A DNA stretch of 64,000 nt from Myxococcota bacterium. GTDB lineage: Bacteria > Myxococcota_A > Polyangia > Nannocystales > Nannocystaceae. Shown piece after piece: positions 18,444-28,603 of this stretch. Where the stretch lies: NCBI GenBank assembly GCA_039028615.1, contig JBCCHT010000016.1, forward strand, positions 128,001-192,000, written 5' to 3'. Position 1 is the first letter of the stretch, and every line of letters starts with the position of its first letter. A program made the position numbers and the translations under genes. Below the pieces are notes generated by a model. The model was not told the DNA's origin. It ran no database searches and saw nothing but the letters and a program-made list of their open reading frames with translations.

Positions 18444-20000
18444 TCAGTACAGGTAGACGGCCCCGGCATACTGGGCGCCATTGTCGGCCTGATCGCCGTT
18501 GATGCCCGTGGCCGCGCTCGACTCGCCGGTTGCACCGATGGCGCGGACGCTCCCGTCTCCACTCAACCCGACGCTGAACCCGAACACGTCCCCGAGCGGG
18601 ATGTCCGTGCCCGTATTCGACGCCTTGATGTAGTGCTGCTGCTCCCAGCCCGCGGCCGTGCGCAGAAACCAGTACGCGGCACCGGCCGCCCCGGTGTCGT
18701 CGTTCTGGTCGCCATCGAGCGCGGTGGCGGCGCTCGCCTCGAATGGTGCGCCGACCAGCAGTCGATCGCCCGCGTCGTCGAAGGCCGCGCTGAACCCGAA
18801 GTTGTCCTCGGCTCCCGGGTTGGATGCCTTGACAAAGGCTTGCTGCGTCCAACCGCCCACGCCATCGAACTCGAAGACGTACAACGCACCCGCGCCGGGC
18901 ATCGAGTCGTCGGAGGGGTCACCCCCGGCGCTCTGTTCCCGCGCCGCCCCGACCGCGATCGTGCTCATGTCGGCGCTGGCGGCTAGCCCGAAGCCGAACT
19001 CATCGCCTGCGCCGGCATTGGATGCCTTGAGATAGGCGACCTCGGACCAGTCTCCGCCCGCGCCTCTCTCGAAGACATAGGCGGCACCCGCATCGGGGGC
19101 GGAGTCGTCGGCGGGGTCGAAGCCAGCCGTCGCGCTCGCTTCTCCCGGCGCACCGACGAGCAACCGGGTCCCGCTGCCATCGAGGAGCACCTCCTCGCCG
19201 AGCCGATCGTCGGCATCCGAGTTCGACGTCTTGAGGTAGGCCACTTGCTGCCATCCACCGATGACCTGGTTGTCGAACACGTAGACCGCCCCCGAAGATT
19301 CGGCGTCGTTGTTGCCCTGGTCGCCGTTGATCTCGGTCGCGTTGCTGGCCTCGTTGATCGCTCCCACCGCCAACCGAGCACCGTCGTCACTGAGCGACAC
19401 GCTGCTCCCGAAGAAGTCACCGGGCTCGGCATTCGAAGCCTTGATGTACTCGGTCTGCGTCCACGTGCCGCTCGCATCCCGCTCGAAGATGTAGACCGCG
19501 CCGACGAGGGTCCCCGAGTCGTCCAGCATGTCACCCCCGACGCCGGCCGCCGTGCTGCGCTCGCCCGCGGCCCCCACCGCGAGGGTGTCTCCATCGCTGC
19601 TCAGCGCCACGCCCACGCCAAAGAAGTCGCCAGTGCCGGCGTTGCTGGCCTTGAGGAACGCTTGCTCGGTCCAGCCCTGGTCGACGGTCCAGGAGTAGAC
19701 GTAGACGGCGCCCGAGTTTCCGCTCGGTCCGGCACCGCTGCCGGGGTTACCCAGCGCATCGCTGTTCTCGGAGAACGCCCCGACGGCGAGCGTTCGGCCG
19801 TCGTCGCTGAACACGACCCTCGTTCCGAACAACGAGTCTGCTGTCGTATTCGAGGCTTTGACATAGACCGGAGTCTCCGCGAGTTCCTCGGTGCCTGGTA
19901 CTTCGGTGCCCGTGTCGGGCTCGTCGGGATCGGGGAAATCGCATCCGCCCGGGGCGAGAAATAGCAGTAGAGTGAAGGCCGATAGAACGCGCGGGAACAC
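18444..20000 (-). CDS. FG-GAP (integrin-alpha-like) repeat lipoprotein
   Basis: Repeated YxKASN...GDxFG...LAVGA...GAVYVF units; start uncertain. Confidence 0.88.
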   Translation of the reverse strand: MFPRVLSAFTLLLFLAPGGCDFPDPDEPDTGTEVPGTEELAETPVYVKASNTTADSLFGTRVVFSDDGRTLAVGAFSENSDALGNPGSGAGPSGNSGAVYVYSWTVDQGWTEQAFLKASNAGTGDFFGVGVALSSDGDTLAVGAAGERSTAAGVGGDMLDDSGTLVGAVYIFERDASGTWTQTEYIKASNAEPGDFFGSSVSLSDDGARLAVGAINEASNATEINGDQGNNDAESSGAVYVFDNQVIGGWQQVAYLKTSNSDADDRLGEEVLLDGSGTRLLVGAPGEASATAGFDPADDSAPDAGAAYVFERGAGGDWSEVAYLKASNAGAGDEFGFGLAASADMSTIAVGAAREQSAGGDPSDDSMPGAGALYVFEFDGVGGWTQQAFVKASNPGAEDNFGFSAAFDDAGDRLLVGAPFEASAATALDGDQNDDTGAAGAAYWFLRTAAGWEQQHYIKASNTGTDIPLGDVFGFSVGLSGDGSVRAIGATGESSAATGINGDQADNGAQYAGAVYLY

Positions 20001-20332
20001 GGCCGGCCGATAGCAAGGTGCTCGAGCCATTGTCAACGAAACCCCTCGTCGAGTGCATTGAGTGCGCATTTCTGCGCAACCGACCAACGATCAAGACGCT
20101 TCATCTACACAATGGTGGTCTCTTTCGCATGACCCATTGATGCCAGGGCGACGTTGGTACTTGCCGTAATGTGGCTATATTGAAGTCGGATACATCGATG
20201 ATGTGCCGAGTGTTCCTGCTGTCGATTGTGTCAGTTTGCCCATCGCGCGGTTGATGGTCGAACTATGCGTCTCACCAATGGAGCTTGATTGTTGATGCTC
20301 GGACTCGAGATGTAGCGAGTCTACGGGTCACC

Positions 20333-23218
20333 CTAGTTCCCCGGCGCGGGCCAGGGGTGCTCGGCCCGCCAGGCCTTCAGTCGCTGCAGGTCGCGGGCGT
20401 AGCCCCCGGAGACGTCTTCGAACTTGGTGAGCGCTTGCGAGACCAACTCCTGGGCCTGCGCGACGTCCTGCCCGGCGGCGACCATGCACATGCCGGCTTC
20501 GAGGCGGACCTGGGCGAGGGTGACCTCGGCGGAGTCGGCTTCGACGGCCTGCTTCAGGGCGCGTTCCATGGTCTCGACCGACGCGCCGGTCTCACCGAGT
20601 TCCCGCTGCGCCCAGGCCAGGGCACGGAGGGCATCGAAGAGGGGCTTGGTGGTCGACTTGCGCGCTTCCTGTAGCTCGATGGTACGCAGGGCTTCGGCCT
20701 TGGCTTCGGAGTAGCGCCCCGCCTCGGCCATCATGATCGCCGCGGACGCACCGTTGATCGCGTGTTCGGGATGGTCGGGCGCCAGCCGACGAGTGGCGAT
20801 CTCCTTGGCCTCGAGCACCAGCCCGAGCGCTTCCTCGAAGCGTTTTTGGTCGCGGATGGCATGGGCCAGGTTGCGCTTGGACTCGGCGATGGAAGGGTGG
20901 TCGGGGCCGAGCAGCTCGCGACGAGTCTCGAGCGCCTGACGGTGCAGTCGCTCGGATTCCCCGGGGCGGCCGAGGTTGCGCTGAGCCACGGCCATGCTGG
21001 CGATGCTGCGCGCATACTCGACGCTGCGCTCACCCAGCACGGTGCGCTGGAGCGCGAGGGTTTTCTCGAGGCTCTTCTCCGCCTCTTCGTAGCGCCCGCG
21101 CATGAGCGCCACCATGGCGAGGTTGGCCCACAGTCGGGTCATGCGGGGGTGCTGCGGTCCGAGGATCCGCTCGGTGTGCGCGGCCGCCTTCTCGATGTTC
21201 TCGGTGGCCTTGTCGAAGTCGCGACGCCCGGCGTAGTAGCTGCCCAGGTTCATCAAGCCGACGGAGAGGTTGGGACTGTCGGGGTCGTCCTCGCGCTGCT
21301 TGGCGAGCATCTGCTCGAAGTACTCCCGGGCCTCGTCGTAGTGGGCTTGAGAGGACGCAATGACCGCCTGCGCGTTGAGGATGCCGATGAGGATGTCGTC
21401 GGCGCCGCCCTGCCGCTCGACCAGCGAGTGGGCGATGGCGGCCCACTCGAGACCCTGCCCGTGCAGCTGCTCTTCGTAGCCGAGCTGGTAGGCGAGATCG
21501 GTGGCCGCCATGGCGGCGAGTCGATCGTCGCCGGCCGCCAGTGCATCGTTGAGAGCACGGCGCAGCGTGGCGGGCCCCTCTGGCTCGTCGAGCGCGAGCT
21601 GGGCTCCCGACAACGCATGCATGACCCGCGCGATGATCGGCCGGTACCCGGTGGCCTCGGCTCGCGCCACGAGCTTTTTCAGCTGCACGAGCTGCTCTCG
21701 GTAGCGGGCGGCGGCACTCAGCGCCTCGGCTCGGGTCAGCGCTTCATCGATGGCATCGACCTCGGTCCGGACTTCCTCGTCGTCCGGGGGAGGGACCGCC
21801 GAAAGCAGCGTGACGATATCGCTGCATCCGTCGAGGTCGGGCAGGGCTCGGCTGCTCCGCACGGCCCCGTCGACCACCGCGGGGTTGGGATCGGCGATGA
21901 CCTCCACGAAGGCATCCAGCTTCAGCAAGCGCTCGTTGAGACAGCGCCGCCGCGCATCGAGGACGTCGCTCGATTGCTGATGCGTGACGTGGGTGGCCTT
22001 GCAGGCCTCCACGGCCTGGCTCGACCACGCCTCGGCGTAGGGGTCGAGGTGTTGCTTCACGCGAGACCAGGTGTCGTCCGCGTACGCCAGCTCGGTGTCG
22101 TGGAAGGCCTTGGCGATGGCCTCCGCCCGTTGCTCGTTCCAGACCTCCTGGATGTCGGCACCGGCCGCCTTGCAGGGCGAGGCCCCACGAGCCCCGGATC
22201 GATAGGCGAGGGCGGCCACGAGCACGCCGCCGGCCACGACCCCTGCCGCCATCCCGATTCGACGGCGACGCTGGCCCGGGTCGTGTCGCAGCTGCTGGAG
22301 CAGCGCGTGCATCGAAGGGTGGCGCTTGCTCGGCTCGTTCCGCAGGCCTCGCATGACCACCTGGCGGAGCCGGCTCGGGACCTTGCGATCGGCGGGGGGG
22401 TCTCGGACCTCGCCCTGCAGCACCGCGGTGGCCAGCGATTCGAAGGTGTCGCTGGCAAAGGGGCGCTCGCCGTAGAGCGCTTCGTACAGCGCGACGCAGA
22501 ATGCGAACTGGTCGGAGGCGGCCGTGGCCACCTGTCCCCCCAGCTGCTCGGGGGACATATACGCGGGCGTGCCCATCACCGCGCCGGCCTCGGTCAGCGC
22601 CAGGTCGAGGTTGGAGCTCATCAGCTGCTCGGCGGGGCCGAGGGAGTCGTCGCTGCCGCGACCGCGGGCGAGGCCGAAGTCGAGGACGCGCACGCGACCA
22701 TCGTGGCCCCGCAGGGCGTTGTCGGGCTTGAAGTCGCGGTGGACCAGCTCGGCCGCATGGGCGGCGGCCAGGCCCTCGCCCGCCTGAATGAACACGGCCA
22801 GGATCTCGGGAATGGACCGGGGCTCGGCCGCGAGCCACTGGCTCAGGGTTTGCCCCTCGACCAGCTCCATGGCGACGAACACCGAGCCCGAGATCTCCCC
22901 GACGTCGTGCACGGCCACCACGTTGGGGTGCGAGATTCGAGCGATGGCCTGGGCCTCGCGAATTAGTCGCGTTCGTCCGTCGCGGACCAGGTCATCGTGC
23001 AGGATCTTGATCGCGACGCGTCGGTCGAGCTCGGGGTCGTACGCGACATAGACCACCCCCATGCCCCCGGAACCCAGTTCGTCGACGATGACGTAGCGAT
23101 CGACGGCCGCGCCCCGAGCGAGGCGTTGCGGATCGTGGTCCCGTCGCCGCGTGCCCACGCTGTCTTCTGCGAGCAGCGTCGCGTCCCCATCATCGATGGG
23201 GCCGGTGGGGAGGTTCAT
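20333..23218 (-). CDS. Ser/Thr protein kinase with TM segment and C-terminal TPR repeats
   Basis: LGSGGMGVVY, VAIK, HRDFKPDN, DFGLA, GTPAYMSPE; TPR-like repeats (LGPDHP). Confidence 0.93.
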   Translation of the reverse strand: MNLPTGPIDDGDATLLAEDSVGTRRRDHDPQRLARGAAVDRYVIVDELGSGGMGVVYVAYDPELDRRVAIKILHDDLVRDGRTRLIREAQAIARISHPNVVAVHDVGEISGSVFVAMELVEGQTLSQWLAAEPRSIPEILAVFIQAGEGLAAAHAAELVHRDFKPDNALRGHDGRVRVLDFGLARGRGSDDSLGPAEQLMSSNLDLALTEAGAVMGTPAYMSPEQLGGQVATAASDQFAFCVALYEALYGERPFASDTFESLATAVLQGEVRDPPADRKVPSRLRQVVMRGLRNEPSKRHPSMHALLQQLRHDPGQRRRRIGMAAGVVAGGVLVAALAYRSGARGASPCKAAGADIQEVWNEQRAEAIAKAFHDTELAYADDTWSRVKQHLDPYAEAWSSQAVEACKATHVTHQQSSDVLDARRRCLNERLLKLDAFVEVIADPNPAVVDGAVRSSRALPDLDGCSDIVTLLSAVPPPDDEEVRTEVDAIDEALTRAEALSAAARYREQLVQLKKLVARAEATGYRPIIARVMHALSGAQLALDEPEGPATLRRALNDALAAGDDRLAAMAATDLAYQLGYEEQLHGQGLEWAAIAHSLVERQGGADDILIGILNAQAVIASSQAHYDEAREYFEQMLAKQREDDPDSPNLSVGLMNLGSYYAGRRDFDKATENIEKAAAHTERILGPQHPRMTRLWANLAMVALMRGRYEEAEKSLEKTLALQRTVLGERSVEYARSIASMAVAQRNLGRPGESERLHRQALETRRELLGPDHPSIAESKRNLAHAIRDQKRFEEALGLVLEAKEIATRRLAPDHPEHAINGASAAIMMAEAGRYSEAKAEALRTIELQEARKSTTKPLFDALRALAWAQRELGETGASVETMERALKQAVEADSAEVTLAQVRLEAGMCMVAAGQDVAQAQELVSQALTKFEDVSGGYARDLQRLKAWRAEHPWPAPGN

Positions 23219-23360
23219 GGGTCGACGATTCACCGCTGCCCCGAGCATGCCGTGCGCGGAGCCGATGCGCTACGGCTCACGGACGGTTGCTTGCACGCGG
23301 CGCCGAGTGTGAGAGACTCCGCTCGTGCTGGCTCGGCTCGAGGCTCGTGGTCGTCGATTC

Positions 23361-24080
23361 ATGGTGCTTCTCGGCCTTTGTTGGGCCGGGGCCTCGTGCT
23401 CCCGCGCGGGCAGCGAGCCCACCGAGGCGCCCGCCGTGGCCCCTGCGCCTGCGTCGGAGCCGGAGTCCGATGCGGGACCCGACCTCGAGCAGAACACCTT
23501 CGTTTCGACCTCCTTCAACGAGGACGACGCCAAGGACGAGCCGACGCAGGACGTGCCCAAGGCCAAGGGGAACGACCTCAGTGAGCTGGCGACGGTCACC
23601 ACCGCCGAGGACGCCCGGCAACGGGCCGAAGCCGCCATCGCCGACCAGCTCGACCCGAACCGCAGCTACAAGATGTCGCCCATCCTGCCCGCGCAGTGGC
23701 CGATCAAGGACCGCGCCGCGGTGGTGTTCTTCTACCCGATGGCCCCGAACCCGCCGAGCCTCACCGAGTTTCGGGTGTTCTCGGCCGCGTTTCGGGTGAC
23801 GGTGATGCTCGAGGACGGCGCGACCGAGGTGAAGACGATCAGTAAGCGCCGCAAGCTCGGGACCATCAAGGAAACCCGGGTGACCTCGCTCGAGCGACGC
23901 GAGCTCGAGATGGCCGAGGCCGCCATGATTCGGCAGCTGCTGGGCTTCGAGATCAAGGCGGGCGCCAAGCCCTACTGGGGCTACCTCAAGTACGTGCACG
24001 AGCACCCCAAGGTGGGCCGCGACCTCGAGCGTCGGTCGTCCGCCTTCTACGGGTGGCTGCGGCGCAAGCACGGCAAGTGA
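23361..24080 (+). CDS. Hypothetical secreted protein or lipoprotein
   Basis: Signal ending AGASC, Pro/acidic linker, high GC3. Confidence 0.65.
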   Translation: MVLLGLCWAGASCSRAGSEPTEAPAVAPAPASEPESDAGPDLEQNTFVSTSFNEDDAKDEPTQDVPKAKGNDLSELATVTTAEDARQRAEAAIADQLDPNRSYKMSPILPAQWPIKDRAAVVFFYPMAPNPPSLTEFRVFSAAFRVTVMLEDGATEVKTISKRRKLGTIKETRVTSLERRELEMAEAAMIRQLLGFEIKAGAKPYWGYLKYVHEHPKVGRDLERRSSAFYGWLRRKHGK

Positions 24081-24107
24081 TGCCGACCGACGAACACGAG
24101 TAGAGCG

Positions 24108-24857
24108 ATGGAACTCAACGAGCTGAAGATCATCGTCACCGGGGGCGGTGGCGGCATGGGAGCGCACTTTGCCCGTCGTCTCGCCGAGGCCGGGGCCCAG
24201 GTCGCGGTGGGGGATGTCGACGAAGCGGGCCTCGCTCAGCTGCCCGAGTCCATTCACACTCGTCGTCTCGACGTGTCCAGCGACACCGACTGCGAGGCCT
24301 TCGTGGCCTGGGCGCGCGAGACCCTGGGCGGGCTGAACGGGCTCATCAACAACGCGGGCATCCTGCGCGACGGTCTGCTGGTGCGTTGCGATCGCAAGAC
24401 CGGCGAGGTCACCACGATGTCCAACGAGCAGTGGCGACAGAGCCTGGGCGTCAACCTCGACGGTCCCACGTTCATGACCCGGGCGATGGCTCGGACGATG
24501 CTGGAGGCCAAGGCCGGCCCCGGGGTGATCGTCAACATCTCGAGCATCGCGCGGCACGGCAACCGCGGTCAGTCGAACTATGTCGCGGCCAAGGCGGCTC
24601 TGGCCGCCAACACCGTGACCTGGTCGCACGAGCTGTCGCCGCACGGGATCCGGGTCGGCGCGGTCGCGCCCGGGATGATCGAGACCCCCATGACCCGCGG
24701 CATGAAGCCGAAGGTCCGCGACGCGCTGGTGGGCATGATTCCCATCGGGCGCATCGGCGAGCCCGAGGACATCTGGCGAGCCGTTCGCTTCGTGATCGAG
24801 TGCGACTACTTCACCGGTCGCACGATCGACGTGGACGGCGGCGCCAGCCTGGGCTGA
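24108..24857 (+). CDS. SDR family oxidoreductase (FabG-like)
   Basis: TGGGGGMG, NNAGILRDG, NISS, YVAAK, APGMIETPM. Confidence 0.92.
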   Translation: MELNELKIIVTGGGGGMGAHFARRLAEAGAQVAVGDVDEAGLAQLPESIHTRRLDVSSDTDCEAFVAWARETLGGLNGLINNAGILRDGLLVRCDRKTGEVTTMSNEQWRQSLGVNLDGPTFMTRAMARTMLEAKAGPGVIVNISSIARHGNRGQSNYVAAKAALAANTVTWSHELSPHGIRVGAVAPGMIETPMTRGMKPKVRDALVGMIPIGRIGEPEDIWRAVRFVIECDYFTGRTIDVDGGASLG

Positions 24858-24873
24858 GCCGAGCGGGTCGTGG

Positions 24874-25761
24874 CTACCGGAGGTACCGGTAGCCGGACCA
24901 CGCCACGTACAGCTCGCACTGCTCGTCCATGATCGCCATGTGATTGGTGACGGTGAAGATCGTCCCCGTGCCGAGGTCGACGTCTTCGGTCGCGGCGACG
25001 TGGACCTCGGTGTCGTCGTTGAAGACCAGGAAGTGCAGGCCGATGAGGCCGCCATTGCACTGGGACTCGATCGCACACTCCTTCATCGGGGTGGCCTTGG
25101 CATCGGCGGGGGGCCAGTACGCCACGAGCCGGTCGTTGGTGCCCACCAGCCGCGGCTCGGGGTCGTCCTCGTCCCAGGCCGTCACGCCCTGCCAGCCGCA
25201 ATCTCCATTGGCCGAGTAGCCCGACCAGAAATCGACGCTGCCGCAGCCCTCGAAGTCGGGAGGGATGACCGCCGCGTCGCCGAAGTAGACGGTGTTGGAG
25301 GGCTGGGCCTGGCACATCTGATCGCAGCCGCCGGGGCAGGGCCGGACCTCGAGCGAGCCATCGGGGCCGGCGCTGTAGCGCCCGAGTAGCGATGCGCTGG
25401 TGCTGCAGGTGGCGAGATCGGGGTGGGACTCGAGGCCCTGTGCGGTGATGATCGTCAGCTCCAGCGGGCCGAACTCGGGCTCGCACTCGAGCGGGTCACC
25501 CGTGTCTTCGGCGGGAGGCCCATCGGTGTCCGGTGGTTGTCCCGTGTCCGGGCTGCCCGTGTCCACGCCGCCCGTGACGTCGCTTGCGGTGTCGTCAACG
25601 CCCGATGTGCTCGTGCCCGGCACGACGCCGCCCGATTGGCTGTCCGCGTCGGTGTCGGGGCTCGACTCGGTCTCGGCATCCTCCTCGGGATCGAAATTGA
25701 TGTTGATGGCCGTGCACGCCAGTGGGCCAGCCAGCGCGAGCAGGAGCCACTGCGGCTTCAT
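24874..25761 (-). CDS. Hypothetical Cys-rich lipoprotein (paralog B)
   Basis: MKPQWLLLALAGPLAC lipobox; C-terminal domain similar to the upstream gene; ATGA overlap. Confidence 0.75.
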   Translation of the reverse strand: MKPQWLLLALAGPLACTAININFDPEEDAETESSPDTDADSQSGGVVPGTSTSGVDDTASDVTGGVDTGSPDTGQPPDTDGPPAEDTGDPLECEPEFGPLELTIITAQGLESHPDLATCSTSASLLGRYSAGPDGSLEVRPCPGGCDQMCQAQPSNTVYFGDAAVIPPDFEGCGSVDFWSGYSANGDCGWQGVTAWDEDDPEPRLVGTNDRLVAYWPPADAKATPMKECAIESQCNGGLIGLHFLVFNDDTEVHVAATEDVDLGTGTIFTVTNHMAIMDEQCELYVAWSGYRYLR

Positions 25762-26624
25762 TGGTGCGCCATCCATGAGATACGCGTGCGGCACTGGTCG
25801 TCGACGTTGGACATGCGATTGGTGAACGCGAAGTTCGAACCCGATCCCATGGGGAACTCCGCGGTGACACCGGCCGGGACGACGTAGTCGTTGTTGACCA
25901 CGACGTCCTGGACGCCCGTGGGCTGCGATCCGCACATCGGAGGATCGAGCTCACAGCCTTCCACGGCGGCGATCTTGATGTCGTTGTCCGGCCACGGCGG
26001 GACCTGGGACGTGTTGCTGCCCACGAAGACCGGGTCGGGCCCGAACTCGCCATCGAAGATCGCGAGCCCCTGCCAGCGACAGTCGCCGTTGAGGTCGGTG
26101 CCGGGCCAAAACTCGATGTCCCCGCACGCGGTGAAACCCGCGGGGAGGTTCAGCGAGGTCCCGAAGTCAACGATGTAGTCCACTTCCACGGAGCAGGCCT
26201 TGCAGTCGGGGCAGTAGACGAGCTCGAGTCCGTGGTCGACGGCGACGACTCGGCCAAACCACGGGAACAGAGCGCCGCAGACGTTGTCCGGGTTCACCGG
26301 GTCGCCGTTCCAGCTGTAGATGCTGATGTCGATGGGCCGTTCGGCTTGATCGCAGTCGAGGACGTCGCCCGAAGAGCCGCCCTCCTCGCCGCCGGTATCG
26401 AGATCGACGTCGGTCGTGGCCATGCCCGTGCCCGAGGTGACGACGCCGTCGTCGTCCGGAGCAGGCGCGGTCGTGGCCGAAGAGGTCGGCGAAGGTTCAT
26501 CCGTCGTCGCGGGGGCGGTGGCGGTGGCTTCGACTTCGGTGTCTTCGTACGCGGGGTTGATTGCCGAGCAGGCGCCGAGCCAGAGCGGCATCATCAATCC
26601 CAACCCGAGCGACCGATAGACCAT
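25758..26624 (-). CDS. Hypothetical Cys-rich lipoprotein (paralog A)
   Basis: LWLGAC lipobox, T/S/D linker, CGDIEFW...GDCRWQG motif shared with the downstream gene. Confidence 0.75.
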   Translation of the reverse strand: MVYRSLGLGLMMPLWLGACSAINPAYEDTEVEATATAPATTDEPSPTSSATTAPAPDDDGVVTSGTGMATTDVDLDTGGEEGGSSGDVLDCDQAERPIDISIYSWNGDPVNPDNVCGALFPWFGRVVAVDHGLELVYCPDCKACSVEVDYIVDFGTSLNLPAGFTACGDIEFWPGTDLNGDCRWQGLAIFDGEFGPDPVFVGSNTSQVPPWPDNDIKIAAVEGCELDPPMCGSQPTGVQDVVVNNDYVVPAGVTAEFPMGSGSNFAFTNRMSNVDDQCRTRISWMAHQ

Positions 26625-26701
26625 GCCTCCATGGTCTCATCTTCCGGGGGCGGCCCCACGGCCCGACCCCCGGACGATGTTCGGACTCCTCTACGCCGTT
26701 G

Positions 26702-28411
26702 TCAGCGGGTCTCGGGAGTCATCGGACCTTCACCACCGTGCGTGTCGCGAATGTCCTGAGGCAAGTCGCGAGCAGCCACGATCTGCGTGAGCACATCGAC
26801 TCCCATCGTGGCCGTGCGTGCGTAGTCGCCTTCGTAGTCGACCGTGTACAGGCCGAAGCGAGGCTCGTAGCCCTCGGCCCACTCGTAGTTGTCGTACAGG
26901 CTCCAGTGGTAGTAGCCGCGGACGTCGGCGCCCTCGGAGCGCGCCCGCTCGATCGACTCGAGGGCGCGTACGATCGCCTCCGAGCGGCGCTGTCCTACCG
27001 CGGTGGCGATGCCGGACTCGGTCACCGTCATCGGCAGGTCGGGCCAGCGCGACGAGAAGTCGACCAGCCGCAGGTACAGCCCCTGCGGGTAGTGCTCGTA
27101 GTTCATCATCGGCACGTGATAGGTGGGGTCGAGCTCGGGCACGCACGCGCCTACGTCGATGCCGTTGAAGCACGGCGTCACGTTGATCAAGGGCAGCAGC
27201 CCGCTCGCCCCCGTGACCCCGGCGCGGAGGTAGTACTGCACGCCGAGCCAGTCGAGCGTGCCCGCCCACTCGGGGTGCGGCTCCTCGAGCTCGCCGTCGA
27301 GCCCGGGATCGAAGGCACCCTGGCGCAGGGACTCGATGAACAGCGAGTGATAGGCAAAGTCGACGCGCTCGACCGCGGCCAGGTCGTCGGGATCGTCGCT
27401 CAGCTGGTTGCCGCGTCCCGGCACCCACTCGATGGCGCCCTTGGTCAGGCCGACCACCGCGGCCATGCCATCACCGTCCGCGTCGATGGTGTCCCCCGCC
27501 TGCAGCGCGTTGTAGACCTCCACGTGCCCGGCGATGAAGTTGCGCGCGGCGGCGATGAAGGTGCCCTCCACGTCGGTGAGCAGCCCCTGCTTGCCCGGCG
27601 GGAACACGCCGAGCCCGTAGCCAGCGAGCAGGTAGTTGATGGGCTCGTTGAGCGTGACCCACTCGTCGACCCGGTCGCCGTAGCGCTCGGCCAGCAGGGC
27701 GGCGTGCTCCCCCAGCTCCTCGACCACCATCGGGCCGCCCTCGGTGTGGTTCCAGCCGCAGAGGTTCGCGTCGGTCGGTCCCGCCTCGCAGTCGGGGTCG
27801 CTGGGGTCGTCCACCCAGATCGGGTTGGAGAAGTGGTGCACCGTGACCATCGGGCGAATACCGGCCGCGAGCAGGGCGTCGATGAACGCGTCGTAGTGCG
27901 CGAGCGCGTCCTCGTCGATCATGTCGCGCTGCGGCTCGATGCGGGCCCACTCGATGCTGAAGCGATAGGCGTCCAGCCCCATCTCGCTCAGCAGCTCGAC
28001 GTCCTGCTGCGCCATGCTGAAGCCGCGCGACGCGTCGGCGATGAACTCCCCGTTGCCCAGGCCGCCCTCGGCGACGGGCAGGCTCCACAGGTACCAATCG
28101 ACCGACTCGTTCTGGTCTTCGATCTGGGTGGCCGCACTGGCGGCGCCGAAGCGGAAGCTGTTCTCGCCGTCGGGGCCGATCAGCGGGCCGAGCTCGCCGA
28201 AGCCCTCCATCGGCTCGCCGGAGCTGCTGCCTTGGGTCTCGTCGGCCACCGCGGTCTCGCTGCCCGCCGTGCCGTCGGTCTCGGCCACCGTCGTCGTCGC
28301 GTTGGTGGTGCTGCCCGCGTCCGAAGTCGTCGTCGCCGAGCCGTCGTCACCACACCCCAGGGTGCTCATCCCCATGAGCACCGAACCCAATGCTGCGCAA
28401 AATCGCTTCAT
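26702..28411 (-). CDS. Glycoside hydrolase family 1 lipoprotein
   Basis: FGAASAATQIE, YRFSIEWARIEP, TLNEP (acid/base), VTESG (nucleophile), WSLYDNYEWAEGY. Confidence 0.92.
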   Translation of the reverse strand: MKRFCAALGSVLMGMSTLGCGDDGSATTTSDAGSTTNATTTVAETDGTAGSETAVADETQGSSSGEPMEGFGELGPLIGPDGENSFRFGAASAATQIEDQNESVDWYLWSLPVAEGGLGNGEFIADASRGFSMAQQDVELLSEMGLDAYRFSIEWARIEPQRDMIDEDALAHYDAFIDALLAAGIRPMVTVHHFSNPIWVDDPSDPDCEAGPTDANLCGWNHTEGGPMVVEELGEHAALLAERYGDRVDEWVTLNEPINYLLAGYGLGVFPPGKQGLLTDVEGTFIAAARNFIAGHVEVYNALQAGDTIDADGDGMAAVVGLTKGAIEWVPGRGNQLSDDPDDLAAVERVDFAYHSLFIESLRQGAFDPGLDGELEEPHPEWAGTLDWLGVQYYLRAGVTGASGLLPLINVTPCFNGIDVGACVPELDPTYHVPMMNYEHYPQGLYLRLVDFSSRWPDLPMTVTESGIATAVGQRRSEAIVRALESIERARSEGADVRGYYHWSLYDNYEWAEGYEPRFGLYTVDYEGDYARTATMGVDVLTQIVAARDLPQDIRDTHGGEGPMTPETR

Positions 28412-28603
28412 CGTGCTGTCTTCCGTGCGGCGGAGCATTCCACGGAGGCATATCGAACGGGGAGGGGACGGTGAGAGGAACCGCTCGGGTGCGCGACGGG
28501 CGATGGGGGTGTTCGTTGTTCGGCGCGGCGTGACGCAGAGTCGAGGGATGGCGCACGAACGAGGGGCCCTCGGCGATGGCCCCCGAACCAGCGATCATAG
28601 CGT

